A stretch of DNA of 64,000 bases from an uncultured delta proteobacterium (GCA_963782055.1 CAWAIF010000003.1:3616001-3680000); one strand, 5' to 3'. Numbered from the stretch's first letter, positions 16,099 to 25,550 are shown. The notes: generated by a model from the sequence alone, not told the origin. Numbers and translations are program-made.

Positions 16099-17493
16099 CT
16101 ACTCCTCCACCACCCGCGCGCCGTCGCCCTCGGCCGTGAGCAGGTCCAGGGCCTTGCGCGCGGCCTCGACCGTGATGTTGCGCGCCTCGACGATCATGGC
16201 GGCGACGCGCTCGACGAGGCCGCCCTCCGCGCCGGCGGCCATGGCCACCGCGCGGGCGTGCAGCGCCATGTGGCCGCGCTGGATGCCGTCGGTGGCGAGG
16301 GCGCGGACCGCCGCCAGGTTGGAGGCGAGGCCGACCGACGCCGCGATGGCGGCCAGGTCCTGCGCCCCGCGCGTGTCCAGGATGCGCAGCGACAGCCGCG
16401 CGGCGGGGTGCACGCGCAGGGTGCCGCCCACCGTGCCGAGCGCCATCGGCAGCTCCAGCCGACCGAGCAGCTCGTCCCCCTCTCGCCGCCAGGTGGCCAG
16501 GGGCGCGTAGCGTCCGCTCCGCGCCGCGAAGGCGTGGGCGCCTGCCTCCACCGCGCGCCAGTCGTTGCCGGTGGCGATGACGACGGCGTCGATGCCGTTC
16601 ATGATGCCCTTGTTGTGCGTGGCGGCGCGGTACGGGTCCGCCTCCGCGAAGCGCGAGGCGTTGACGATGCCGTCGATCACGGCCGAGCCGTCCATCCCCT
16701 CGGTGGCGAGGACGCGCGCCGGGATGCGGCAGCGGACGCGCACGCAGCGGCGGTCGCAGAGGTTGGACAGGATGCGCAGGCCCACGCGGCCGCCGGAGAG
16801 CTCGGCGAGGCGCGGGGCGACGGCCTCTGCCACGCCGTTGACGAGGTTGGCGCCCATGGCGTCGCGGCAGTCGACGAGCACGTGCACCGCCATCATGCCG
16901 TCCTCGGGCGTGGTGCCCTTCGGGCTGTCGGCCCGCGCTTCGCGCGGGACCTCGGGTGACGTGCCCTTCGGGCTGTCGGCCCGCGCTTCGCGCGGGACCT
17001 CAAGGAAGCGCACGTCCAGCTCGCGCGCGCCGCCGCCGCGCTCCACGAGGCCGGGGATGGCGCGGTCCGCCAGGGCGAGGACCTCCTCGGCGTGGGCGAG
17101 CACCTGCGCGCGTGCCCGCTCGCGATCGCGCACCTCGATGAGCTGCACCTGGGCGATCATCAGCGGGGGGTCGGTCTCGACGGCGAAGCCGCCGCCCGCG
17201 CGCACCATCTTGGCGGCGTTGGACGCCGCGGCCACCACGCTGGGCTCCTCCACCACCATCGGCACGACGTGGTCGTGGCCGTTGACCCGCACGTTGAGCG
17301 CCACGCCGTAGGGGAGCGCGTAGATGCCGATCACGTTCTCGACGAACTTGTCGGCGGTGTCCTCGTCCAGGCCGCCGCCGTCCAGCGAGCGCGCCATGTC
17401 CGCGACCTCGACGCCGGTGGCCTCGCTCACCAGCGCGCGCCGCTCCTCCACCGTCATCTTGTAAAAGCCCGGGAATCTGGACGTACGTGCCAT
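16099..17493 (-). CDS. mvaA: HMG-CoA reductase, class II
   Basis: ENVIG, PMVVEEPSVVAAAS, DAMGAN, RAATHNKGIMNG, GIQRGHMALH. Confidence 0.96.
   Translation of the reverse strand: MARTSRFPGFYKMTVEERRALVSEATGVEVADMARSLDGGGLDEDTADKFVENVIGIYALPYGVALNVRVNGHDHVVPMVVEEPSVVAAASNAAKMVRAGGGFAVETDPPLMIAQVQLIEVRDRERARAQVLAHAEEVLALADRAIPGLVERGGGARELDVRFLEVPREARADSPKGTSPEVPREARADSPKGTTPEDGMMAVHVLVDCRDAMGANLVNGVAEAVAPRLAELSGGRVGLRILSNLCDRRCVRVRCRIPARVLATEGMDGSAVIDGIVNASRFAEADPYRAATHNKGIMNGIDAVVIATGNDWRAVEAGAHAFAARSGRYAPLATWRREGDELLGRLELPMALGTVGGTLRVHPAARLSLRILDTRGAQDLAAIAASVGLASNLAAVRALATDGIQRGHMALHARAVAMAAGAEGGLVERVAAMIVEARNITVEAARKALDLLTAEGDGARVVEE
16913..17001. repeat. Two identical 41-bp palindromic units at 48-bp period, in frame within mvaA
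   Basis: GTGCCCTTCGGGCTGTCGGCCCGCGCTTCGCGCGGGACCTC at 16913 and 16961; encodes (EVPREARADSPKGT)x2. Confidence 0.9.
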
Positions 17494-17500
17494 GTGCTCC

Positions 17501-18391
17501 TCACGAAAGGACGGTGACGCCGTCCACGTCGACGTGGAGGTCGAGCGCATTCATGCCGGCTCTCCCCGCGCGCTGCAAGAACGCGTGGGAGGGCTCTCGC
17601 GTACCGACGAAGACACCGACGTCGCCCCCACCTGCGCCGGATGGCGCGAAGGCGGCGCCCTCGGCGCCGGCGGCCGCGGCGAGATCGGCGAACGCCGCGG
17701 GGACGATGGGGGCGTCGGCCGCCGCGCCCAGCGCGGCGAGCGCGGGAACCGACGCGGCGATCTCGGCGACGAACGCCCCCGCGTCCCCGGCGAGCGCCGC
17801 CGCGGCGGCCCGCCGGGCGATCGCCGCGAGCGCCGCCATGTGCGCCGCGTGGGCCGCGGCGTCGCGGGCGCGCAGGGCGTCCACGCGGGCGCGCAGGTCG
17901 CTGGTGCGGGCGCTCTGCCCGCTGAAGAAGGCGCGGACCAGGAGGCCCGGCGGAATACGTGTACTCTGCACGCTCACCGCCGGCCCCTCGCGACGGAAGA
18001 CGATGACGCCGCCGAAGACACTGGCGGCCACGTCGAAGCCGCTGCCACCACCCTGGACCCCGGCGTGCGCGGCGAAGGCCGCCTCGCGGAGCGCCTGGCG
18101 CACCGCGGGGTCGCGCACGTCCTCCCCGCGCTCCGCCGCGCGCAGGGCGAGCGCAGCCACCACCGCCGCGGCGCTGGAGCCGAGGCCCAGCTTCGTGTCC
18201 CCGTCGCAGAGCGCGCTCGTGTCGATCTCCGGCGGGTCGTCCATCGCGGCGCGGACCTCCGCCGGCGCACCGGCGGCCCCCCTGCCCTGCGCGAAGGCGT
18301 GACGGTCGACCGCGCACACCACCGCGGGCGCGCCCTCCAGCACGGCGTACGCCCCGGAGAGCAGCAGCTTGCCGGGCGCCCGCGCCCTCAC
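17501..18391 (-). CDS. Phosphomevalonate kinase (GHMP family)
   Basis: APGKLLLSGAYAVL, KLGLGSSAA, GSGFDVAAS, PSGAGGGD; GTG 18391 overlaps mvaD stop. Confidence 0.88.
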   Translation of the reverse strand: MRARAPGKLLLSGAYAVLEGAPAVVCAVDRHAFAQGRGAAGAPAEVRAAMDDPPEIDTSALCDGDTKLGLGSSAAAVVAALALRAAERGEDVRDPAVRQALREAAFAAHAGVQGGGSGFDVAASVFGGVIVFRREGPAVSVQSTRIPPGLLVRAFFSGQSARTSDLRARVDALRARDAAAHAAHMAALAAIARRAAAAALAGDAGAFVAEIAASVPALAALGAAADAPIVPAAFADLAAAAGAEGAAFAPSGAGGGDVGVFVGTREPSHAFLQRAGRAGMNALDLHVDVDGVTVLS

Positions 18392-19377
18392 GGCTCCGCC
18401 TCCACCACGCGCGCGCCGGGGCCCGGCCTCGCCTCGATCACCCGCAGCACGCCGGGCGTCGCCTCCAGCAGCGCGCGCGCGCGCGCCGCGTCGGCCCCGG
18501 CGGACAGGACCTTGACGTGCGGCCCCGCGTCCATCGTCGCGAAGGCGAGCATCCCGGCGTCGCGCAGCGCGTTCACGCGGGCGAGCGCCTCCAGCGTCGC
18601 CGGCGCGAGGTACATCACACCGGCGGCGATGGCCGCCGCGTGCATCGCGAGGGCGCTGCGTTCGGCGAGCTCGCCCACCGCGCGCAGGTCGCGCGCGAGG
18701 AGCGCCTCGCGCATCGCGGCGAAGATGCGGGGCGCCTCCGCAAGCCACGCCGCGTAGTACGGGCTGGTGGCGGCGGTGCGGTTCATCCCCTCGCGCGAGG
18801 AGACCTCCTTCGGCGACTCGCGCGTGACGCAGACGAGCATCGTCACGTCCAGGTGGTCCGCGGGGGCGAGGGGGCGCGCGGCGAGCGGCTCCGTCTCCTC
18901 GCCCTGCGAGGCGCCGGCCGGGAGCTCCACGAAGCCTCCGAAGACGCTGCGCGCGGCGCTCGCCGAGCTGCGCCGCGCCAGATCGCTGAGGCGCGCGGGG
19001 TCCCAGTCGAGCGCGTAGGCACGCGCCGCGGCGAACGCCAGCGCGGCGAAGCCCGAGGCGCTGGAGGCCAGGCCGCCGGCGGTGGGGAAGTCGTTGTCGC
19101 TCGTCACCCGCGCGAAGCGGGCGTCGCCGGTGGCCTCGCGGACGCGGCCGAGCAGCTCGCGGACGCGGTCGAGCTCGGCGGGCCCGCACGGCGCGCCGTT
19201 GAGGACGAGCACGTCGTCGGCCAGGGCGGGGTCGACGTCCACGCGCGTGCGCGTCCGCAGGCCGTCCAGCGTCATGGAGAGGCTGGGCACCGCCGGGTAG
19301 TTACCCGCGCGCCGCTGCTTGCCCCAGTACTTGGCGAGGGCGATGTTGGGGTGCGCGATGGCGATGGCGTGGCTCAC
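18388..19377 (-). CDS. mvaD: Diphosphomevalonate decarboxylase
   Basis: AHPNIALAKYWGK, NDFPTAGGLASSASG, SASAARS, TMDAGPHVKV. Confidence 0.96.
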   Translation of the reverse strand: MSHAIAIAHPNIALAKYWGKQRRAGNYPAVPSLSMTLDGLRTRTRVDVDPALADDVLVLNGAPCGPAELDRVRELLGRVREATGDARFARVTSDNDFPTAGGLASSASGFAALAFAAARAYALDWDPARLSDLARRSSASAARSVFGGFVELPAGASQGEETEPLAARPLAPADHLDVTMLVCVTRESPKEVSSREGMNRTAATSPYYAAWLAEAPRIFAAMREALLARDLRAVGELAERSALAMHAAAIAAGVMYLAPATLEALARVNALRDAGMLAFATMDAGPHVKVLSAGADAARARALLEATPGVLRVIEARPGPGARVVEAEP

Positions 19378-20339
19378 GGGGACGCCCGCTCCGCGCCGCC
19401 GGCGGCCCGCTCGCGCGGGGCGGCGGGACCGGCCTCGGCGATGAAGCCGGAGAAGCCGGCGCGCTCCCACGCCGCGAGGACGCCCTGCGCGGCGGCGCGC
19501 GACTCGACCAGGGCGACCACCGACCCGCCGCCGCCCGCGCCGGTGAGCTTCGCGCCGAGCGCCCCCGCGGCCCGCGCGAGCCCGCACATCTGCTCGATCT
19601 CCTGCGTGGAGAGCAGGAGCCCGGCGAGCAGCATCTGGTTCATGTCCAGCAGCTTGCCGAGGGCGAAGAGATCGCCCGCCTCGATCGCGAGGCGCGCGTT
19701 GTTCACCACCGCGCGGACGCCCTCGAACGTCTTGTCCACCACCTCCGGCCGCCGCGCGCGCTGCCGCGCCACCGACTCCACCATCGAGCGCGTGCTCGAC
19801 GCCATCCCGGAGTGCCCGACCGCCAGCACCAGCGGCGCCCCGATCGGCAGCGGGGCCGGCGGCAGGCCGCGCTCGAAGAGCACCGAGCCGCCCAGCGTCG
19901 CCACGGCGGCGTCGACGCCGGAGGGGTTGCCGTGGAAGACGCGCTCCCACTCCATCGCCCGCGCGATGATCGCCTCGTCGGAGGCGGCCGGATCGACGGC
20001 GCGCGCCACCGCCACGCCCAGCGCCGCGGAGCAGCCGAGGCCGGCGCCGGGCGGCAGGTCCGCCTCGGCCTCCACCTCCAGCGGGCCGGCGACCCTCGAC
20101 GCCTCGAGGAGGGCGCGGAAAGCGCGCGCCAGATCACGCTCCGCATCGTCCGCGGCGACGTCGATGCCCCACGTCCTGACCCTCAGCCGCGAGGGACCCA
20201 CCAGCAGCGGCCGCGCGACGGCCGTGGCGCCGCGATCCACGCCGACGGCGATCGCCGGGACGCCGTAGACGACGGCGTGCTCGCCCACCAGGATCACCTT
20301 CCCGCAGGCGCGGCCGCGGGTCTCGCGCGTCGCGCTCAT
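19374..20339 (-). CDS. mvk: Mevalonate kinase
   Basis: GKVILVGEHAVVYG, PPGAGLGCSAA, HGNPSGVD, KLTGAGGGG. Confidence 0.95.
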   Translation of the reverse strand: MSATRETRGRACGKVILVGEHAVVYGVPAIAVGVDRGATAVARPLLVGPSRLRVRTWGIDVAADDAERDLARAFRALLEASRVAGPLEVEAEADLPPGAGLGCSAALGVAVARAVDPAASDEAIIARAMEWERVFHGNPSGVDAAVATLGGSVLFERGLPPAPLPIGAPLVLAVGHSGMASSTRSMVESVARQRARRPEVVDKTFEGVRAVVNNARLAIEAGDLFALGKLLDMNQMLLAGLLLSTQEIEQMCGLARAAGALGAKLTGAGGGGSVVALVESRAAAQGVLAAWERAGFSGFIAEAGPAAPRERAAGGAERASP

Positions 20340-21406
20340 GCCTCGCGCCCCACCAGGGCGGCGGCGGCACCGCGCAGGACCGACTTGCCCTCCGCCGGCA
20401 AGGGGATCGCCTCCAGCCGGTCGCGCGCGACGCGCGCGAGCTCGCCCATGCGCGACTCGACCCGCGCCCTGGCCCCGCACTCCACCATGCAGCGGACCAG
20501 CGCCTCCACCTCCTCTTCGGGGGCGTCGGGGACGCCGAGCACCCGCGCGAGGAGCGGCGCCGCGCGGCGATCGCCCTCCAGCTCCGCCACCAGCGCTGTG
20601 CGCTTGCCACGCAGGATGTCGGTGCGCGCCGGCTTGCCGGTGCGCGCCGGGTCGCCGAAGGTGCCGAGCAGATCGTCCTGGAGCTGGAAGGCGACGCCGA
20701 GGGGCTCGGCCGCCTCCGCCAGCACCTCGCGCACCGCCGCCGGCGCCCCGGCGAGCGCCGCGCCGATCACCAGCGGCGCGCGGACGGTGTAGCTCGCGGT
20801 CTTGAGGGCGTGCATGCGCTCCACAGCCGCGGGCGTCGTCGCGGCGCCGCGGACGTCCAGCACCTGCCCGAGCACGACGTCCCCTTCCATCCGCGCGAGC
20901 TCCTGCATCGCCGCCACGAGCGAGGCCGGCGGCAGCGGCACCGACACGAGCGCCTCCAGCGCGAGGGCGGCGCCGTAGTCTCCAGCGAGCACCGCGCACG
21001 CGTCGCCGGCGTCGCGCGCGCCGAAGCGGTCGCGCAGCATGGCGTGCACGCTCGGACCGCCGCGACGCACCTCGTCGCCGTCCATCCAGTCGTCGTGCAC
21101 GAGCAGGTACGCGTGAAGGATCTCCACCGCCACCCCCGCCTGGACGACCGCGGGCGCGCCGCCCGGTCCACCGCACGCCTCGTACGCGGCAGCCAGCAGC
21201 ACCGCGCGCACACGCTTGCCACCGCGCGTGGCGAGGTCCCCCAGCGCCGAGACGACCGCCGAGGCGTCGGCGCCGAGCGGCTCGAGCGTGGCCAGCCGCC
21301 GGGCGAAGAAGGACGCGAGGGCGCCCTCCACCGCCGCCTTGACGGGCCGCGCGAAGGCCAGGAAGCAATCCTCGTCGGTCACCTTGCTCGCCGCCTCCGC
21401 CATCAT
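20336..21406 (-). CDS. Short-chain polyprenyl diphosphate (FPP/GGPP) synthase
   Basis: GGKRVR, YLLVHDDWMDGDEVRRG (aromatic residue five before FARM), KTASY, FQLQDD; start uncertain. Confidence 0.92.
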   Translation of the reverse strand: MMAEAASKVTDEDCFLAFARPVKAAVEGALASFFARRLATLEPLGADASAVVSALGDLATRGGKRVRAVLLAAAYEACGGPGGAPAVVQAGVAVEILHAYLLVHDDWMDGDEVRRGGPSVHAMLRDRFGARDAGDACAVLAGDYGAALALEALVSVPLPPASLVAAMQELARMEGDVVLGQVLDVRGAATTPAAVERMHALKTASYTVRAPLVIGAALAGAPAAVREVLAEAAEPLGVAFQLQDDLLGTFGDPARTGKPARTDILRGKRTALVAELEGDRRAAPLLARVLGVPDAPEEEVEALVRCMVECGARARVESRMGELARVARDRLEAIPLPAEGKSVLRGAAAALVGREA

Positions 21407-21626
21407 CGCCGCCTGCTCCCACGCGCGCGCCGGCGCGGGCAGCCCTGTAGCACGAGTCGAGGCGGCGGCGCAGGCGAGCGAATCGGTGCGTTTTAGCATC
21501 GAAGAAACAACGTGAAAGGGCCCCGGAAAATCCCGCCTGCGGGCGTCGTCGGGCCCGTGCCCCCCGAACCGTAGGGGGCCAGCCCGCGGAAGTCAACGCG
21601 CCGCGACGCCGTTTTCCATCGTGTTA

Positions 21627-21640
21627 TTGAATGGTTTCAA
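21627..21640. promoter_or_regulatory. Perfect 5-4-5 inverted repeat, candidate operator
   Basis: TTGAA-TGGT-TTCAA in an AT-rich patch between the divergent mevalonate operon and fni. Confidence 0.4.
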
Positions 21641-21769
21641 ACTTCTCTGAATCATTCGACGTTTCTCCGGCGCGGCGGGCGCGTCGCGCTCCCCGGACAT
21701 ACCGCAGCGCGGCCCGCAGACCTTCCTTCGGCGCGCCAGGTCCGGATGCGCTACGAACGGGGCCGGGCC

Positions 21770-22846
21770 ATGAGCGCAAGCATCGGGCAGCGCAAGACCG
21801 ACCACCTCCAGCTCTGCGCCGAGGAAGACGTCGGCTTCCGCGGGGTCTCCACCCTGCTGGAAGGCGTCCGCCTGGTGCACGACGCCCTCCCCGACCTTCG
21901 CGCCGACCGCCTCGACCTCTCCACGCGCGCCTTCGGCAAGACCCTGCGCGCGCCCATCGTCATCGCCTCCATGACCGGCGGCACCGAGGAGGCGGGGCGC
22001 ATCAACCGCGAGCTCGCGTCCATCGCCGAGGAGCGCGGGTACGTCTTCGCGCTCGGCAGCCAGCGGGCGATGGTGGTGCGCCCGGAGTCGCGCGCCAGCT
22101 ACCTCGTGCGCGACGTCGCCCCGAGCACCGCGATCCTGGGCAACCTGGGCGTGGTCCAGGCGCGGGGGATGTCCACGGCGGAGGTGCAGGCGCTGGTGGA
22201 CGCCGTCGGCGCCGACGCGATGTGCATCCACCTCAACGTGGCGATGGAGCTCGTGCAGCCGGGCGGCGACCGCGACTTCGAGGGGGGGCTGGAGACCTTC
22301 GGCCGCCTGGCCCGGGAGCTCTCGGTGCCGGTGATCGTCAAGGAGACGGGGTGCGGCATCTCCCCCCGCGTCGCCGCGCGCGTGATGCGCGAGGGGGTCG
22401 CCCACGTCGACGTGTCGGGCGCCGGCGGCACCTCGTGGGTGGGCGTCGAGACGAAGCGCGCGGAGCAGGTGGGCGACGCCGCCGGCCGCAGCCTGGGCGA
22501 GGCGCTCTGGGACTGGGGCATCCCCACGGCCGCCTGCGTGGCGAGCGTGGCGCCGCTCGGCCTGTTCGTCATCGCCACCGGTGGGGTGGCGTCTGGCATG
22601 GACGCCGCCCGCGCCCTCGCCCTCGGGGCGCAGCTCGCCGGCATCGCCCGGCCGGCCCTCAAGGCGGTGCGGGCGGGCGGGCGCGCGGGCGCCCTGGCCT
22701 TCTTCGACGCCGTGGAGGCGGAGCTGCGCGCGGCGATGCTGCTCACCGGCAGCCAGACGGTGGCCGACCTGCGGCGGGCGCCGAAGGTCCTCTCCCGCGA
22801 GCTCCAGGCGTGGGTGGAGCAGCTCTCCGCGGGATGCGGACCGTGA
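21770..22846 (+). CDS. fni: Type 2 isopentenyl-diphosphate isomerase (FMN)
   Basis: RKTDHL, SMTGG, GSQR, HLN...QPGGD, KETGCG, GAGGTSW. Confidence 0.96.
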   Translation: MSASIGQRKTDHLQLCAEEDVGFRGVSTLLEGVRLVHDALPDLRADRLDLSTRAFGKTLRAPIVIASMTGGTEEAGRINRELASIAEERGYVFALGSQRAMVVRPESRASYLVRDVAPSTAILGNLGVVQARGMSTAEVQALVDAVGADAMCIHLNVAMELVQPGGDRDFEGGLETFGRLARELSVPVIVKETGCGISPRVAARVMREGVAHVDVSGAGGTSWVGVETKRAEQVGDAAGRSLGEALWDWGIPTAACVASVAPLGLFVIATGGVASGMDAARALALGAQLAGIARPALKAVRAGGRAGALAFFDAVEAELRAAMLLTGSQTVADLRRAPKVLSRELQAWVEQLSAGCGP

Positions 22847-22864
22847 TACGGTCGGCCGAAGGCG

Positions 22865-23776
22865 ATGAGCGAACGCAAGAAACGCAAGAGTGAGCCGCCG
22901 CCGCCGACGAGGCCGTCGCAGCGGCCCTCGCAGAGGCCGAGCGCGCGTCCGGGCAGCAACCGCCCGGAGCCCTCGCAGAAGGCGTCCATCCAGGCCTTCT
23001 TCAAACGCGGCGCCCAGTTCGCCGAGGAGCTGCTCCACGACAACGAGCGGCTGCGCCGCGCGAACCTGGGCCTGGAGGCGGAGAACGCGGCGCTGCGCAC
23101 GCAGCTCGCCAGCGACCGGGCGATGCGCGATCTGCTGCGCAAGATCAAGCAGCTCGAGAAGGAGAAGCTGCAGCTTCTGTCCCACGTCCACGAGGCGCAG
23201 CGCGAGTCCACGCGCTACTCCTCCCGCTACTCCGAGATGGAGGAGGAGCTGAGCAAGCTGGCCAACGTCTACGTGGCGAGCTACCAGCTGCACTCCACCC
23301 TGCGGCTGCCGCTGGTCATCAAGCACCTGCAGGAGCTCCTCCAGCAGCTCGTCGGGGCGAGCAGTCACGCCATCTTCATGGCGGAGCCGAACCGCCGGAA
23401 CCTGGTGCTCATCGCGAGCGAGCGGGTGGATCGCCGGCGCCTGGGACGCCTCCCCCTCGGCGGCGACGACCCCGTCGCGCCGGTGGTGGAGCGTGCCTTC
23501 CTCACCGGCGTACCGCAGATCACCCACGGCGAGCTCGCGGAGGCCGGCGAGGACGCGCCCGCCGCCGTGGTCCCCCTGCATTTCGACGACCGCGTGATGG
23601 GCGTCATCGTGGTCTACTCCGTCTTCGAACAGAAGCCCCGCTTCGTGCCGGTGGACTTCGAGCTCTTCAAGATGCTCGGCGCCCACGCGGCGAGCGCCAT
23701 CGCCGGCGCCCTCCTCTACGCCGCCGCGGGCTCCACCCTCCCCGGCCCCGAAGCGCTCCAGGACCTGAGCGCATAG
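22865..23776 (+). CDS. Coiled-coil plus GAF domain protein with no output domain
   Basis: N-terminal heptad region; GAF motifs LHSTL, VVPLHFDDRVMGVIVV, DFELFKMLGAHAASAI. Confidence 0.8.
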   Translation: MSERKKRKSEPPPPTRPSQRPSQRPSARPGSNRPEPSQKASIQAFFKRGAQFAEELLHDNERLRRANLGLEAENAALRTQLASDRAMRDLLRKIKQLEKEKLQLLSHVHEAQRESTRYSSRYSEMEEELSKLANVYVASYQLHSTLRLPLVIKHLQELLQQLVGASSHAIFMAEPNRRNLVLIASERVDRRRLGRLPLGGDDPVAPVVERAFLTGVPQITHGELAEAGEDAPAAVVPLHFDDRVMGVIVVYSVFEQKPRFVPVDFELFKMLGAHAASAIAGALLYAAAGSTLPGPEALQDLSA

Positions 23777-23823
23777 AGTTCTACCCCGCACTTGTTTTCC
23801 GTTACGCTGAGGACCCAATCGCG

Positions 23824-24204
23824 ATGACCGCCGAGTACACCTGCCTTGTCGTCGAAGACTCGCCGATGATGCGACAGCTCCTCGTCTTCGCGCTCTCGCG
23901 CGTGAAGAACCTGAAGGTGACCGAGGCCGACGACGGCGTCGACGGCCTGCGCAAGCTCGCCGGCACCAAGTTCGATCTCATCCTGACCGACATCAACATG
24001 CCCATCATGGACGGGCTGAAGCTGGTCAAGCGGGTGCGCTCCGACCCGATGCACAAGGACACCCCCATCATCATCATCACCACCGAGGGCTCGACGGAGG
24101 ACCGGCAGCGCGCCCTGCAGCTCGGGGCGAACGCGTACATCACCAAGCCCATCCAGGCGCCGCAGGTGATCGCCAAGGTCAAGGAGCTGCTCAAGACCGA
24201 ATGA
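23824..24204 (+). CDS. Single-domain CheY-like response regulator
   Basis: LVVEDS, TDINMPIMDG, IIITT, YITKP. Confidence 0.93.
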   Translation: MTAEYTCLVVEDSPMMRQLLVFALSRVKNLKVTEADDGVDGLRKLAGTKFDLILTDINMPIMDGLKLVKRVRSDPMHKDTPIIIITTEGSTEDRQRALQLGANAYITKPIQAPQVIAKVKELLKTE

Positions 24205-24238
24205 AGGGCCGTCCGCCGTCCCCGCGGGTGGACGGCTC

Positions 24239-24853
24239 GTGAGCGCCAGGGTCAAGGTGTGCGGCGTGACGACAGCCGCCGACGCGCTCGCGTGCGTCGA
24301 GGCGGGGGTGGATGCCATCGGGCTGAACTTCGTTGCGTCCAGCCCGCGGGCGATCTCGGCGCAGGAGGGCCGCGTCATCGCGACGGCGATCGCCGGGCGC
24401 GTGCTCGTCGTGGGGGTGGTGGCGGACATGACGGTGGAGGGGATGCGGCGCCTCGCCGCCGACGTGGGCCTGGGCTGTCTCCAGCTCCACGGGGACGAGC
24501 CGCCGGCGGCGGTGGCGGCGCTGCTGCCTCACGCGTACAAGGCGCTTCGCGTGGCCGGCCCCGGGGACGTGGCCCGCGCCGACGACTACCCCGGGGATTA
24601 CCTGCTGGTGGACGCGAAGGTGGAGGGGCGACTGGGCGGTACCGGGAGCTCCTTCGACTGGCGCCTGGTGCGCGAGCTGGCCACGCGGCGCGAGCTCACC
24701 CTCGCAGGCGGCCTGCACCCCGGCAACGTGGCGGAGGCGATCGCCGCGGTCCACCCCTTCTGCGTGGACGTGGCCTCCGGCGTGGAGATCCCCGGCCAGC
24801 CGCGCCGGAAGGACCCTGCGCGCGTCCTCGCGTTCGTGCGGGCAGCCCGCTGA
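24239..24853 (+). CDS. trpF: Phosphoribosylanthranilate isomerase
   Basis: VKVCGV, QLHGDE, GGTG..FDW, LAGGL, VDVASGVE. Confidence 0.96.
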   Translation: MSARVKVCGVTTAADALACVEAGVDAIGLNFVASSPRAISAQEGRVIATAIAGRVLVVGVVADMTVEGMRRLAADVGLGCLQLHGDEPPAAVAALLPHAYKALRVAGPGDVARADDYPGDYLLVDAKVEGRLGGTGSSFDWRLVRELATRRELTLAGGLHPGNVAEAIAAVHPFCVDVASGVEIPGQPRRKDPARVLAFVRAAR

Positions 24854-24911
24854 ATTCGCCCATCTCCTGCCTCGTGCTGCAGCGGTCCATCCTCGTGCTA
24901 CATTGCAGTGC

Positions 24912-25550
24912 ATGACCGGGGGACGTTGTCCGCAGCACGGACTGGCACTTTCGCCCGACGGTACGTGCGTCCTCTGTCGCCGCGAGTCCCCGAAGGGCGC
25001 GGGCATCCCTCCCTGGGTGGTCAAGGCCTCCGGCGTGGTCGTCGTCGGCCTCGCGCTCTTCGCCGCCGCGCGCTTCGGCCTTCGCGTCTGGCAGAGCGCG
25101 GAGGCGCCGTCGGTCGCGGTGCCCGACCGGCTCCCCGCCCCGCCTCGCCCCGCGGTCTCCTCGCACACCACGGCCTTCGCCTCCGCGTCCCCGGTCACCC
25201 CGGCGACCGGCGGCGGACACATCGAGGCGTTCGCCGGCGCGCCGAAGCCCGACTGGGCCGCCGAGCAGAAGTCGCGCCTGCCGGAGGAGCGCAAGAACGT
25301 CTCCATCACCATGTACACCACCTCGTGGTGCCCCCACTGCCGCGAGGCGCGCGACTGGCTGGACGCCCACGGCCAGCCCTACTTCGAGCGCGACATCGAG
25401 CGTGACCCTGACGCCAACGCGCGGATGCGCAAGCTCAACCCGCGCGGCGGCGTGCCCACCATCGACGTGGAAGATCAGGTGATCGTCGGCTTCGACCCGG
25501 GGAGCCTGGATCACGCCATCGACCTGGCGGCGCAGCGCCACCTGATGTGA
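24912..25550 (+). CDS. Membrane-anchored glutaredoxin/NrdH-like protein with N-terminal Cys/His knuckle
   Basis: CPQHG...CVLC, TM helix, Pro/Ala linker, MYTTSWCPHC...GVPTI...VGFD. Confidence 0.85.
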   Translation: MTGGRCPQHGLALSPDGTCVLCRRESPKGAGIPPWVVKASGVVVVGLALFAAARFGLRVWQSAEAPSVAVPDRLPAPPRPAVSSHTTAFASASPVTPATGGGHIEAFAGAPKPDWAAEQKSRLPEERKNVSITMYTTSWCPHCREARDWLDAHGQPYFERDIERDPDANARMRKLNPRGGVPTIDVEDQVIVGFDPGSLDHAIDLAAQRHLM

